Shown: positions 13,801 through 28,800 of the stretch, piece after piece
Numbering within the stretch: position 1 is the stretch's first letter
Layout of the letters: each line of letters begins with the position of its first letter
Assembly: GCA_965285935.1 (NCBI GenBank)
Contig: OZ260664.1
Coordinates: 40,486,001-40,550,000 of the forward strand
Direction of reading: 5' to 3'
Length of the DNA: 64,000 nucleotides
Origin: Ophelia neglecta
Taxonomy: Eukaryota
Notes under the pieces: model-generated
What the model saw: only the letters and a program-made list of their open reading frames with translations
Told to the model about the DNA's origin: nothing
Database searches by the model: none
Made by a program: the position numbers and the translations under genes

Positions 13801-16800
13801 TTTAATGTTTGTTATGCAATATTAATCTTTATCTTCCCCAAATGACATCATGTTAACCACTGATATCATAGCTGTGACAGAGTTGGCAGTAAATATATTT
13901 TAATAAATAAGTAGACATGGTTGAACGCATATATCTACATATTTTACTCTTCATTTAATTCTCAGTAATTGGCCAATTGCAGGCATTCTAGGACATTCTT
14001 ATATATGGTGACATGCGTGTGTTGAATTGCTCATAAAAGTACAAGAAGTGAGAGCAACATGGCAGTTTGGGCATGCAAAGATGGCTTGATGACTCAGAAA
14101 TACAGCACCTATGCACTTGTCTTACCCCCAACACTTCCTATAACCATACCAGCCTCCCTAGATCTGTCTCAAAACAACATCCCAGCCCTTAGCTCCACTT
14201 CAATGGCCACTCACAGAGAGGAAACAGGTTACTACCCCTAACCAGACAAACTTCAACCATCTTTTTCCAATTCACAGTAAGGTGGTTACACACATCAGCA
14301 TCCATGTCATTACATTCATGTCCCCACATCCTACCACTATTAAGACACCCCTGAACTGTCTCCTACACAATCAGCCCACACTGATGGACCGATCTGTTCC
14401 ACATTTTCCATCAACTTAAATCACTTTTCCTGTAAAATTGTGTATGCCACCCTCCATTTTAAGATGGCTCCCTAGCTAAGTCCCAAAAGGACATTTTTTC
14501 ATAAACATATAAAATCCGAAAACTCAGAAGGTTCTTTATATTTTACTTTTCCCTAAATGAAATAAAATAAAAGGATCATGCACTTTTTAATAGTTGCTGA
14601 TTTCCCCATCCACATATACTTCCATAGGGCAGAATTTCTTTTCTAACATTACTTCTAAAATTAACAACTTTACTACCCTCCCCCCCCCCCCCCCCCCCAC
14701 CCAACCCAACACCCAAACCCACCCCCAGGAAACAGTAGCCTTCTATTATCACTAATAAATGTTTTTAAATCACTTCTATACCTCTGTGTTGAGGCTTTTA
14801 AAAATCCAAATATTTTTAAGACTAGAAAGTTGAACAGTGACACATCCACAGACATCAGGTTACTGCCTTGGCCTCGTAAGCTAGGCTAAGGAAACAGACA
14901 TGACTTTTATTTGCCACCAGTGGTTCTCTCCACTACAGAGAACATGCCCTATTGATGGCCACTTATTTTTTTACATATGAAACAATTGGTCTGGTAAAAT
15001 AGGGAGGAATTCCTAATCAGCCAGTTTATGAAATCAATTCCCATTAGAACAGTGAGGGTCCCCACCTGGTGATCACAATTCAATGGCTGATACTGAATTT
15101 CCAAGTCAGAAAGGTCATAAAGGTCATAAGGTTCAACAAGACCAGACACATACCAACCGGTACATTCATTTTCATTAAAATTTGTATGCAGCAAACCTAA
15201 TGGACTACTTACATTTCAGAAACACGGTCACATCAGACAATTAGTTTTTGTAGAGTCTGATACAGAAATTATGTTGCAATTTGCAACATAATTCTGTATT
15301 AGACATTACATGTGATATCCATCCATGTCCAGTTATCAAGCTTAATTTTTGTTAATCAAATTGGCAATGGATCAATTAGTTCTTAATGGATAACTTTGTA
15401 ACCTTTGTACCAACTGCCTTTCATTGATACATTAAATAATGCCATTTGCCATTGTGGGTCACCAAACAAATGCAATTACATGTACATATCATGTACTTGG
15501 CATACATCTGTTCATAGCGAAATGATATGGAACACATAATTTATATTGAAAATTTATAATTTAAATGTAAAATTGTATGATAGATCTTGTAGACAATATA
15601 CATATTCATAGAAACATGCCCCAATAGTTAGGTAGCCTTCTATATTACACAAGAGGTCATTGGTCAATCTGGTAATTATTTCAGGTACCTTGAATCAAAC
15701 AAAGCTTGTTACATTAATGCCAAACTGATTTGATTTTTAAGCAGTAATGACTGTGACGCAGGGAATGTAATTCAATTTATATACCAATATTTCTGATGGC
15801 ACCAAAGTTTGGTATTACTGTTACTCTAATAAAATTATGCCAATTCCGATGTAATTGATATCAATAATAGTTGACAATATAAATCAAACCTTTTTACACT
15901 GACTTACAATGATAGAGTCTTCAAACAAGCAAAATATCTATATTGTCCTACCTGTCACAGTGGTTTGACCCCTAGCATGTTTTCTCCCATTCACAATTTC
16001 ATATTTGCCTTTAGCTCTGATACATGGACATTCCTGGCTCATACAATGTCCCATTATCAGTTGGTACTCAAATCAGGTAACAAGGATAAAAAATCACTCA
16101 ATGTTCTGACACCTCCAAACCCTTGGTGCCACACTGGTACACTGAATAGCAGATATTGTATGACATGTCACATCTTCATCAATCACAGTGCTTCTCAGGA
16201 GATTCTCTGCACTTCCTGGTGGACAAGTGGCTATATTAACATTTTTGCTGTGTTTCTTGGTCAGTGATATGTAGCAATCCAGCAATAACTGGTTTTGTAT
16301 TCATAAAATATCTTAAAAGCCACTCTACCTATTTCAATGGACAGAACATTGTCCTATCTAACAAACAATCACATAAAATCCATTTCACTTTCATAAATAT
16401 TCAGAGTTTTCTAATGTACACATTATAACACAGCCTAGAACACCATATTGCAATTTGAACCTGTTTGAGGAAGAATCCAAAATCAGCTGTGATTTAGTAT
16501 ACATTAATTTTTCTCCTTAAATGAGTTATACACATTCAAGGCACACTTTTAAATCATTGCTATTGTGGAACTTGCAACATTTACTAATCAGTCCATTTGG
16601 CAATTACTGAGCTAAAAATCCTTAAAATTCCCATGAACTGTGTTGTGTTCACTCTCCTGCCTTGAGACTGGTGGTAGCTCAGTCCATCCTATGTTATCAG
16701 CTAACCAGTGTGTTTGCTCACATGCAATCCAGAGTAGACCCCTGCAGGCGACAGAGAGGTGTCTACTGTTTGGTTCCAAGCTTTATGTGACTAGTTGTGG

Positions 16801-19800
16801 ACTCCAGATGAGAGAATCCATCCTCTGATCATGATTATGTACCAGAGCTATTTCTAGATTGCTGGCAATTTCCCTATTCCTCTCTCATACTCAAATTGGA
16901 TTTAACCCTAGGCATATATGAAGATTTTTTTCTGGAATATCTGGGCATCCTCCAGTTAATCCATATTTATCTTGTAGAAAAACTTCAGGTGTTGACTAGA
17001 AAATGTGTCGTTCTTGCTTCAGACAAGAAGATTTGTTGCTTGGGTCATTGATTGCCATGGGTTGTGCCTCACCCAGTGCTAACACCATTTATCCCCAGTG
17101 CATCTCTGATAATGTTCTTATGGACAGAGCATGATATGCCATCCAATTTATCCTGCGGCAATTCTTTGCGAAGACAAATTCCACACTGACATTGATGGCT
17201 AATGGACATCAGATTTAGATATGCCGCTCAAATGGTAAATCAGCAGGTAATTTGCAAAAGATTAGTAACAATGGCCATTTGGAAGGGTATTCCAAGTTTC
17301 CCAAGAATGATATCCGAGGCAGAAATTCCGTTGTGAATATGGTAATGTAGATTTCCAATTTTCATCACAACATAAAGGTAGAGATAAAGGTGGTCGTGAC
17401 AGGCATTCTAGTGACACTGTGAAGGCCCTTCTCACTACAGGGTGGGGTCTGGTATTTGAGGCGCTGTGCGGTGCTTGCCATTAGTGTCATGTACAAGGTT
17501 TACTCTACAGTGTGTACCTGCTCTACTTGTATGTGCTGTCTCCAGCAGCAGCTCTCCAGGCAGTGTCATGTCAGGTGTGCACTCTCTCCTACATGCCATT
17601 GGCAGTCAAATGCATACTTAATCAAGTAGCTTTAATGTTGACAGTGTACACATAATAGCTGGTAATGGAGAGCTCTAGTAACAGGAGGGCTGCTCAATTG
17701 AGTCTGCTCCTTTGGCAAAATATACCTTCTGGTGATAAATCAACAGCAGCAAGTACACAAGCATAATTATACCTGTTTTAGTCACCAATTGAAATATTGC
17801 AAAAATGTCATTTAAAATGAATGATAAACTTGGTAGGGACATTCAGGAGAGATGTGTAGGTTATTGATTATGGTGGGGACTTCATATGGCATGCTATTGA
17901 TTTCTTAAATAACCTTCACAGTGTCCTCATCTTCATGAATGCAGACCAGTCCTTAAAACATTAAATAACCTTCATTCAAATGGGGGTTGTGATTCATAGT
18001 TCTGGATACTTTAATAATACATGTACATAAAACACTGCCTATATGTAGAAAGAAATTCTGAATGAAGTGAATCCTTTTGGAAGGAAGCAGGGATTATGTC
18101 CTGACCATGGGTGTGTCCAGCGTGTGCCTGTGTGGGTGTGTCCAGCGTGTGCCTGTGTGGGTGTGTCCAGCGTGCCTGCATGTGTAATGTAATCTATCTC
18201 CTTCTAAGCTGTACAAACTTGAAACTAAGGAATATTGAAAACCTATTACTAGGGTAGCGCCCAACACTTCCCAAATTTCAATGTGATCCTAGAGGTGGGG
18301 GGTGGGGGGGGGGGGGGTGAGAGACAGGTGGCTCCAAGTGAATTGCCATCCCCCTGAAAATGTACATGTACATGCATCCAGTGATTTACAGTCATAAATA
18401 CCTGTGCTACCCGTCATTTCTGCTTCTATCTTGATCCTTCTCAACAATAAAAACAGTTACAAGTACAAATAAAGCTCAACAAAATTGTAATTTGTTAAGG
18501 TTCATTTTTAAGGCCATTTAGTGCTGGAACCATGTTTGGTTGTAAATAGTCCATATTCTAATCTAATACTGCAATGACACTCCAATGGCCACAAAAATTT
18601 TAAAATTTGTCATGCTTACGTCTGACTGATAAAGCAACAAGGATAGCAAACCTACTTTTGAGTAGTGACCTTGACATATCAATCCCTTTTTCAAGAACTT
18701 TGTAATTGTGGATGTACATAGTTCCCTGAAAGTATTTGCTGTTATACTACACCATTATTTGTTTTAAAGATGTTTGACCTTGGATGTATGACCTTGGCCT
18801 CCAAAATCTTGATCCCTTTATTTTCTAGTCTGTCTTAAGGTCTTGTGATGCAAAAAAAAGGCAGGATAAGTAATCTGACCATTAATCTGAGCTTGACCTT
18901 TTTTCAATGAAATTGAAACTGAATGTTTATTTCTGGTACTTAATTGTACCTAATGGGGCAAAATAGCCACATCAAACTTATTGATTACTAGTATAGGGAA
19001 ATCATGTGCTCTCTATAATTATGTGTGGGTAGGCTCTATATTTATGCCAAGTATGGTAACCAAAACTGATCTATTACCAACAAAATAATGAGTTCAAAGA
19101 TATCAGGTACTACTTATACAGAAATATTCGTGTACAAGGAAATGGAGTCTAAAGATAGGCAAGGTGAAAAAGGGAGGGCTTTGGAATTGGGCCAGATGTA
19201 AAAAAGGAGGGTGAGGTCTTTCCTGCAGAGTCTTTCCGTACAAAAGTCCATTGTATAAAGGGACTACCCCCACCCCCTCCTGCCTGGCTCAGAGGTGCAA
19301 GATACAAGTATCAAATGTATCACCTCAATACTACCAGTTGCAAGGAATCTACTCATAACCCTAATTCTGTAACTACCTTTTAAAGTGCAAAGAGAAAAAC
19401 TTTATATACTTTTTGTATTTAGTTTCAGGCCTAGAGATTGAATAGAGCATATTTCATTTTCAAAAGACAATCCCCCTTATTAAGATTAAAAGAAGTATAA
19501 AATAAACATATTGTATTGAGAAAGGTTGTGACCTATTAAAGGTAGTGACAAAAAAAAATTGTGTTTATGAGAAGGTGTTGAACACCTTTTTGTGGACTAG
19601 TAGTGCCAGTGGGTATATCAAAACCAAGTAACTGGCTATGGGGCTCTGCCTCTTTGCAGTCTATTTTTTACTGCTGCATGCAAGCTCCCTTTTGTCTTAA
19701 ATTCTAGCACATATAAGCTCACAAAATTCCTTATGAACATCAAGTATGGAATGCAATAATAATAATTTGGCATTATTGCTGTCTGGATGTTCGGTATGCT

Positions 19801-22800
19801 CATTTATTCGCCACATTCATTTAAATTTATGCGAGATACAAGCCTGATATTGTTGCTCTTACGTCATGCATATTGCCTTCACATTGAGTTACATGACCCA
19901 AGTTTTCCTGGTTATAATCCTCCTGACAGGCCTGAGGCTCAGGAACAAAACACTGATACACACAGCCATAACAAAACTAAATCCAATTGAGCCGAATAAT
20001 ATATAATTATCAAAGATGTATATACCCATGGGTATATACATCGGTATACACATCTCTGTAATTATGCATCAACATAAAGTCAAAATATGGATGCATATTA
20101 CACTTTCCAAATATCAAGATGCATGGCATGTAGGCCTCAATGCATTCTTACCTGTCTTACACAGTACTGAGGTGATGTTACATCCCATGACTCTACCCTC
20201 TTAAAGACATCTTAAAACAATAGACCACGCACTGTGCAGGGAAACCCCAACCGGGATCAAACAATATGTATTCCAAATGACCAAATGGGCTGGACATCAA
20301 TTTTCTATTGCAGTGCTCCCAGCCACCATTTCACTAACAGTAACTTCAAGCCAGATGACGTTTTCAACTATATAACATATGAGTACTTATGTTCAACAGC
20401 TGTGGCCAAATAGCAGATCTTCAAATCCCTTTCTGGCCCTCCCAGCTTTGTCGCAATGTGCCCAGATCATCAACCATGCATGAACAGGCATCTAAATTTA
20501 TTTCCAAGATGATCCATCAGTACCTTTCTTGACAATTTAATTTACCATTCTCACCAAAGAGCAATCACATATGAGCATCTTTTTGGGGATTTGTGCTTGG
20601 ATAACATCACAGATAAGGGAACATTGTAAAACAGATCTCATTATTAGTGATAGTTATACATGCGCACATAGTGGTTTAAGATACCTCATTTGAAGAAGAC
20701 ACCGAAATGTGTACCGTTGACAGAAACCTTCTTTATAAGAATAGTTATGGTTACAAAAACTGTTCACAAACTGTGCAAGTGCAAGTAATGTACAGACTTG
20801 GTCTTTGTTAGTTATTAATATATGATCTGATGATAGAGTGTGGGCATGCTTGCGCTAGCACTGCAAAGGCTTTACATCAATATAGCTACAAGGAATCTGG
20901 CATTATACCCCTAATTCCAGCATAATTATCTCGTACTGTGATATTAATCAATATCAGTCTATTAAACCTACATACAAATATATAAACGGACAATGCAGTG
21001 AGTGTCTGACTTGTAATACCTGGTAATAGGAGTGGGTGTAGGAGCATATGATGCCAGTACATTGGAAGCTTATGCCATCAAATGATATTCATGTACAACT
21101 TGATAAACTAGTCAGCTAGAGTCGTAATAACACTAAATGACTACATGTGAAGTTGATAATTTACATCAGGATCTAAGCCTGATTATACTTAACATGGCCT
21201 TAGTATTAAGGTGTACAAAAATGTCAGCCCCAGTATCCTACTAAATGTAAGGCTTAACTGGGCTGGTCTGTTAGTGGACTTGTCTATTGATTAACCAGTG
21301 TCTGTAATTATGTTGGTTTAGGGCATTGAGTCCTGTCACACCCTGTTATGAGGAGGAAAAATACACAGTGAAACCTGTGTATTAAGACCCCCCCCCCCCC
21401 CAAGGAACTGGCAAGTATAGGTCTGATTAATGTGGTGGTCTGTTTATACAGGTTACTTTATAGTGAATGAGTATCATATGGTCTTCATATTAATGGTCTG
21501 AATTGGCAGGTGGTCTAAATATAGAGATGGTCTTTAAGGCAGGCTTCACTGTACTTAAGCCCAGTCATGAGAGTTTTGTATGTATACCATTCCAATGAAT
21601 GATAAGAGTGTGTGGGTCACTCAAATCTTGTTATACAGGTAACATATGTACTTCTACATTTTCAGTAACTCAAATGGTGCAACTAGAATAGCAATAGAAC
21701 ATTGTCATTTTAAAGTATTATACTTAATTTCACAAATTTCAAAGATGGACAAATAATCTAATAGATACAGTGTTACACAAATAACCTTCTCATAGCACCC
21801 AAGGTTACTGACTGATTTTGTAAAAAAAGGCAACCATGAGCACTAAAATGCTGAGTGTATACACCATACACATGATACACTTGAGATATTCAAATGGTGG
21901 TCATTCATATGTCCATTGCACAGATGGTTTATTTTATGCCATATTAAATGTATATCACTGTCAACGATAGATCAGGTTGACACAAACATATAGATATTCA
22001 GCTAATCAGAAGAGCATTTAACCAAACACATAAACCAAAATATGTTGTTCCATAGCTACTTTCAATACAATAGCATGCATAAATAGGTTTATTTATGGCA
22101 TACAATATATTCCTGCATATTTTCTCTTATAAAAAATGTTAAAAGCAGAAAGCAGTATTAAAATTTACAAATTAGAGCCCTCTGGTGAAAGGAAGAAGCA
22201 CAACAGGTACTTCTTCAGACCATCCTGCAGGCCTGAAAGGAAGGCTATTTAGCACATGTAACATGTAGCTGTTCATGTAACCATAATACTACTGATGAAT
22301 TATAATGTCCCATTACCATTAGATGACATCTGATAAAACCGTCTTGTACCAATTTATCATACATGTAACAGCTTGGATCATTTAAGGATATAATGTCCCT
22401 GTTATACTGTTTAACAAGTTTGTAAAAATATGATGAATTATGACAAAGGCAAAAGGTTATATAACAAGTAAACTTGAAGCATACACAACCATGTGCATAA
22501 TACAAGTATGCTTGTGAGTGATTTTGTTTTTTGAATACTGACCCAGACATTGGTTATTTAAAAAAGTTCCTGGTTCCTGCACATGTGTATACATTAAGTA
22601 GATGTCTCCAGACCCTACTGGCAAGTACTGTATAATCACTTGGACTGCTAGTCAATGTCTGAGCTGCTGAGCAAAACACTTGTTAGCCGTCTCAGCCCCC
22701 AAACAAGCAAAACACTTTTTTTAACTGTAAGAAGGTTTCCGGTAATGTTTGTATACAAAACTCTGGTCATGTAAACTAACATTATTTTCTGATTTACCTG

Positions 22801-25800
22801 CACTCACACACACTTAAACAAAGTGTATTTTTCACAGATCTGCAGGTCTGGTTCAATTCTACATGTTCTTTAAATATGGTGCCTTCATTATAACCATGTT
22901 CAAATATACATGATGTTTATTTAAACATGATGGTCACGCAGATAAAATACCATTGAGTTACAATAATATTTTCTCGGTATCTATGGGATCCACGAGTAAA
23001 CTAACAATATTGTGTGAGTGATTTTAGAGAGAGGTGTGTTTCTTGAACATGACGATTTCACCGATGATTTTGGTGCCATGTACTTGATGTCATGTAGTCT
23101 GCCAAACACTTGTCATACAGCAACAAAACAGGCCAACTCCAGTAAAACTTTCACCAAATGTAGACTGATATATCATCCCCAATAATCAGTCACTGCTTGA
23201 TGTTGTAAGGCAATGTTTAAAACTGATCTTATTATAACAGGTAATGTGCTGAATAATCAATCATTACCCATGTGTACCTGTACATGCAGTATAATTCATG
23301 ATGGTTGCCTTACCTTCAACTTGATCCCCTTCTTTATCCTTTCCATATTCTCTGTCTTTGATAAGTTGAACATCTTCCCTATGGACATTTTCCAGTAAGC
23401 CTTTGCCATATTCGGCCATGTGATTACCTTCAACCTTGACACTCTCGTTGCCTTTAAGGGCTTCCTCGTCACCATCTTCTTCAGACTTATAAGACTGTCT
23501 TGGACTAGGTGAATGGCTTAATCGTAAACTGCTGTCTACCTTGCCCTCTTTTACATGTTCCATGTAAATTACCTTTTCTTTGACATTGCCCGTACCTCCT
23601 TTTTCTCGTTCTCCAATCCAAGCTGGGGGTGAAACTGGAGCTTCGCCCTCGTCACTTACATCTGCCTTTTTCTGAATCTGCTGTGCAGCCCCTTTCACAT
23701 AGCCATCTTTATCCATTGGGGGATCATAGAGTTTGTGTGGGCTCTGCTGAGTAGCAATTCCCAGTTTGCGATCCAGTACTGAGAAATCTGGCTCAGGTGA
23801 TCGCTGCTTTTTCTGTTTTGTATCAGGATCAATGCCAAAGAATTCTAATTTAGCCCTTTCTTTATCTCTTCGCAACGTAGCACTCTTGTCCAAGGAGCTA
23901 TAATCTCCAGGTCCTTTATCATTTGGAGAAAGGTTTCCTTTCTGTACATGTCCATTTTCACCCGCCTTTTCTGGACTTCTTTCTGGTTTTGGTGGAGCAG
24001 CACTTTGGGTGTTAGCAGATGAAGATTTGACTATTTCTTCACCTCCATGTTCATCCCCCTTTAGACCTCCTTTTTCAGCCTTGGTTGGTGTGTAAGGAGC
24101 ATCTCCCTCCTTGTCCTTGACTTCTTTGCTCGCGTTACATCCCATTTTGAAAATTCAGTTAATTTCCAAACACTTTCCAATAAAAAGAAAACACCCCACA
24201 GTTGCACTATCCTCAGTTCAGGCGAAACGATACATCAAAAGCAGGCAAAATTCTAGGTTTTCAAAAATTTAGCAGTAACTCATAGAGTTATCCACGAGAA
24301 AGAGCTCTGTCTGTCATCTTGGAAATGTGATACTAACAGAAACTCAATTACTTCCTTAAAAACACTTCTATGCCATCACTAGTCACAAGTTCTTCAATGG
24401 CTAAAAGGAATATATAACACAACTGTAAACTGTCAATGGAAAACTGGTTAGATTTACCTCCTAAAGTCTAGTGATCAATGTTTTAATTTCTTTGTATTTT
24501 ATAAATAAAACTAATGCACTCATACTTCATGCTGAGGGGGTAAACCACATTTATTTCAGAGGATTTGTCTTCATCTACATACATGTACACTGACGTTGGC
24601 TAGAGGGTTTGTTTTCACCTACATACATGTGTATGTTCACTGATGTTGGCCAGAGGATTTGTCTTTACCTACATACATGTGTATGTTCACTGATGTTGGC
24701 CAGAGGATTTGTCTTTACCTACATATATGTACACTGATGTTGGCCAGAGGATTTGTCTTTACCTAAATGTTTATGTGTACTGGGTACTAGTACTGGTGTT
24801 CACCATAGGATTTGTCTTCCCCTATGTAGGGACTGATGTTGGCCAATAATTATAAAAGTTGCATGAGCATGTGACTAAACAGTTGGCTAGAGTGTGGCAA
24901 GTGTTATTTACAATGTTGCTTTTATCAATTTTATGTATATCATTAATTGAGTTTGTTACAAACTATTCACTTAGTAATAAACTTTGTTTGCCATGTGACA
25001 GTGAGTCAATGACATCCTTACATTTTTTCCGTTTAATACATGTGTGGGTGGTGCACTAACTGATATTTTTCACTGTATGAGTCACAAGCTGCATTGAAAT
25101 CTGCAGTCATGGATGTTTTGAAAGCTAGAACTTTATGAATTTTATTCTACTAACATTTTAGAACCCTTGCAACAAAGTTAACCTAATTACTTTTCTCGGC
25201 CATACCCCAACTGTAATACAAATCTCAAACATAACCAAACTGTAATGGAAAAGCAAAAATGACCTTCAAGGGGTGATCAAATTCAAGGACACCAAAAGTA
25301 AACTGGCCTGGACATTGCACATTTCCACTTAAATCACATAAAATGTCTCTCTTTTCTGAAACCCTTGTGAAAAAAAACCTCTTCCATATATTACCAAGTT
25401 ATTAAACTTTATGATATAGATATAGCAATAGATAGAGTGGAGCAATGGTAATATATCAAATTGATTTTATCATGACATTTATCAGCCTGGCTGGTTTACT
25501 TTTACTTGATACATTATGAACCAGAACTCCTAACATAATTGACCTCCATACAGTGTTTAGATCCAGACTTCATCTATCTCTCTCTCAGCTATATCAAAGA
25601 TAAGCTATCATTTTAGTCCTGGTCTTCTAAGCCTGCTCCAAGTCACAACAAACAATTCTTCAAGCACATTTTCCAAATGCCTTTAGAATAGTCTATTAAT
25701 TCTGATGTGTACAAATTTAGAACTAATCTTGTATTATTAAATAGATATAAATAGTTGGGTAAACTTTTGAAAATAATTCTTGTTTTATAGCCAAAACCAA

Positions 25801-28800
25801 ATAAAAGCATTGGAAGGGACATAGCGCTCACATATTATTCAGTCACAAATTGTACTTTTTCAGGTAATAGTTACCAAATTTATGATCAAAGAACAGCTCC
25901 GCTCATATTCATGCAGACATACATGATGTATATAGAGCAGGATACTATTACCAAGTGTTTTTCAGGCACATACAACCACAGAAATAGCAAAAAGGTGCTG
26001 GCATAGCTTCAACAAAACAACATTGCTAACCAGTTAAATGGGGCCATGTGAATTTCAATATGATTGGACCTATGTTTGCAACATAAGAGGTACATATTGT
26101 AAAACTAGATCAGATGACTCATGGACCCCTCAGACAGGCAAATCAACACAACTGGACCACTAATAGTTCCAGCATAAGTTACATCATGTATAGACAGTTA
26201 TTGAGGTTTTAGCCTTTGAGATAGGCAAGCCCAGCCATAGTGTTATTTGCAGACATGACAACTGAAGTTAGGGGATGCTGACCTCTTTTGTGCCAGGGAT
26301 ATGCAATATGATAGCAGTCAGCTAACTGACTAAACAAATTCAAATTATGAACTTAAGCCTATAATATGAACAATAGGCTGGATTTGACTGTGATTATACA
26401 TGCATATTTGCTAACAATAAAGGTATGCCACTATCAATTATAAACACAAGTGGCCGAGACCTGATGAGGGACCTGGAGCATGGACCACATTAGTCATTGT
26501 CAACTATTAAGGCCGGACTCCTCAAGCAAATTATATACAAAAATGATTACAACAGTGGGCACAGACACAAACATACATTGACAAAGTTTCTAAGATGGTG
26601 TACAAAACTGTCTGCCACTTTAATATACATGTACATGTACATGTACATGTATACATGTACATACACTAGTGCCGGAAATACACTGAACAGTCAATACTAC
26701 GGGGAATGTCAGGTTAAATCAACTGTTTTCTAGCCTATGAAAGATCCAAACGAACTTTTCAAAATTATCCTAACATTTCTAAAGGGTCTCATTGTAGCAT
26801 TTATTTCCATTAGGTTTATATATATATAAACAACTATGTGAGAGCAGATGGACTGGGTTTACACAGAATGGACCTCATGATGTGACACACCCATCAGTGT
26901 ACCAGAGGATGTTAGCATTTTAAACAGACACTAGTGAGCAGCTAGTTTTTGTACTGATACAATTGAATGAGAGTGTTTAAATTATATCTCAGGGACTGAC
27001 ATTTTGATAATTTGGACTGCAGGAGTCTAGAGTCAAAGAAAGCCCCTTTGCTTGGACTTCTTATACTGTTATGTGAGAAATGTGTAAGTTTGCTGGCCTG
27101 ACCTGCTAAATCCACACCTACTATAAATAGCTAGCAGATCTGCATCACTCAGCTGTCTGTTTATACTGAAAGAGCCATATTCTAGGCAAACACGAGCAGC
27201 TCTGCCAGATTGTAACTTCTATGTTCTTACTCTTGGTATATATTCCCTGATACAGTAGACGAGATATTTTGAGATTTAAGTTTAGAAATTCAACAAATAT
27301 GGGGGACATCAAAGTTTTGGTAATTTGAAATTGATGTACTGTAAAAATAAGTGAGTTTTGCTTTAATATAGTATTGCTTCTTGTGCTGTCTGGATTTTTT
27401 CAGGCCAATTCAGTTAAAAATTGAGTAAAAGTTATGTACTGGAAGAGAGTTACAATAAATTTTAGTAACTGTTGTTATTTGTGAATCATCCAAATTCCTT
27501 GGAGCAAGATAATTGATTTATTTCAGTACTTGTTGATTTAGCGCCCTGTTCTGGTGTGGATTGCCCCGTCACATGGAGGCCTATTATCTTATCTGGTTTA
27601 GATACAAATTTGGTAACTTTTCCCAGGGAAAAAGCAACTGATATCTTCTTATCTGTGTTTGGTTGATTATTTGAAAGGATCTTATAGGTTGTTACTGTTT
27701 ATTTCAAAAGTTCATAACCCTTGACATATTATTTTGTCATACGCTTGGTGTTTTATTTTGTCATACCCTTCGTGTTTTATTTTGTCATACGCTTTCTGTT
27801 TTATTTTGTCATACCCTTCGTGTTTTATTTTGTCATACGCTTTCTGTTTTATTTTGTCATACCCTTCGTGTTTTATTTTGTCATACGCTTTCTGTTTTAT
27901 TTTGTAATACCCGTGGTGTTTTATTTCGTCATACCAATGGTGTTTGATTTTGTCATACCCTTGGTGTTTTATTTTTCATACCTTTGGTGTTTTATTTTTC
28001 ATACCTTTGGTGTTTTATTTTTCATACCCTTGTTATTTTATTTCGTCATACCAATGGTGTTTGATTTTGTCATACCAATGAGTTTGTTACTGGTATCATA
28101 CTTATAACAGCAGAAACACTACCAATAGGTCCCTCTATATATGTTCATCATAAATTATAGAATTGATTTTCATAATGGCTTAAAGATTAAAATATTCCAA
28201 TATTCATGTGGTTCATTCCATCATATGGAAATTAAAGATTGCCTGTGCATTATATATTCTGCTTTAAACATGTAGGACAGCATTACATTAGGCAGCTTAT
28301 GCAGATGCAACAACATCCTTATTCGGCTCATTGGAAAGTACGGTACATTAAGGCAAAAACACTGCAACACATGTACCAGTATGCTGGTACATGTATATAC
28401 AATGTGTAGAAATTCTTGTCATACTAATTTCTATAGTAAATTCTGATAGCATTCCTAAATATAAACTACCTATCATATTACAAACTATTTATAAAATTTC
28501 TTATATAAGTACTCTTGCAACAGTTTAGGAGAATGTCAGTTCTGACCATGGCAGCACATATATCTATAAGCTCTATCTTCACGCTCAAAATTCATTTTAG
28601 TCATGCATAAACTTGAAAGAAGCATTCTTATAAAGGGTCCACATGCGATACAGATGTGTTTCTGTGGGCATTACCAAATGCATTCCTGTCATTGGACCTT
28701 AAAGATGAAGGTAGGGTCCTATTCAAGGTCACCATCAGACTTCCTTCATATGACTTCCAAGTTGTACGTGTACTTACAAAATAGATCATACAAATTTGTA

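Noticed and set aside
15249-15310. About 60-bp near-perfect hairpin
   Set aside because: Very short loop, AT-rich, no recognisable miRNA or target duplication; probably a transposon-derived palindrome.
17057-17134. Plus-strand MGCASPS... start
   Set aside because: Wrong strand for the SPA17-like gene, stops after 25 codons, no donor.
27121-27356. Plus-strand TATAAATAG with an initiator-like site and a downstream GTGAGT
   Set aside because: Such motifs are common in AT-rich DNA and no downstream plus-strand exon was found.
27721-28107. Hydrophobic FYFVIP-repeat ORF
   Set aside because: Translation of a T-rich 24-bp minisatellite.
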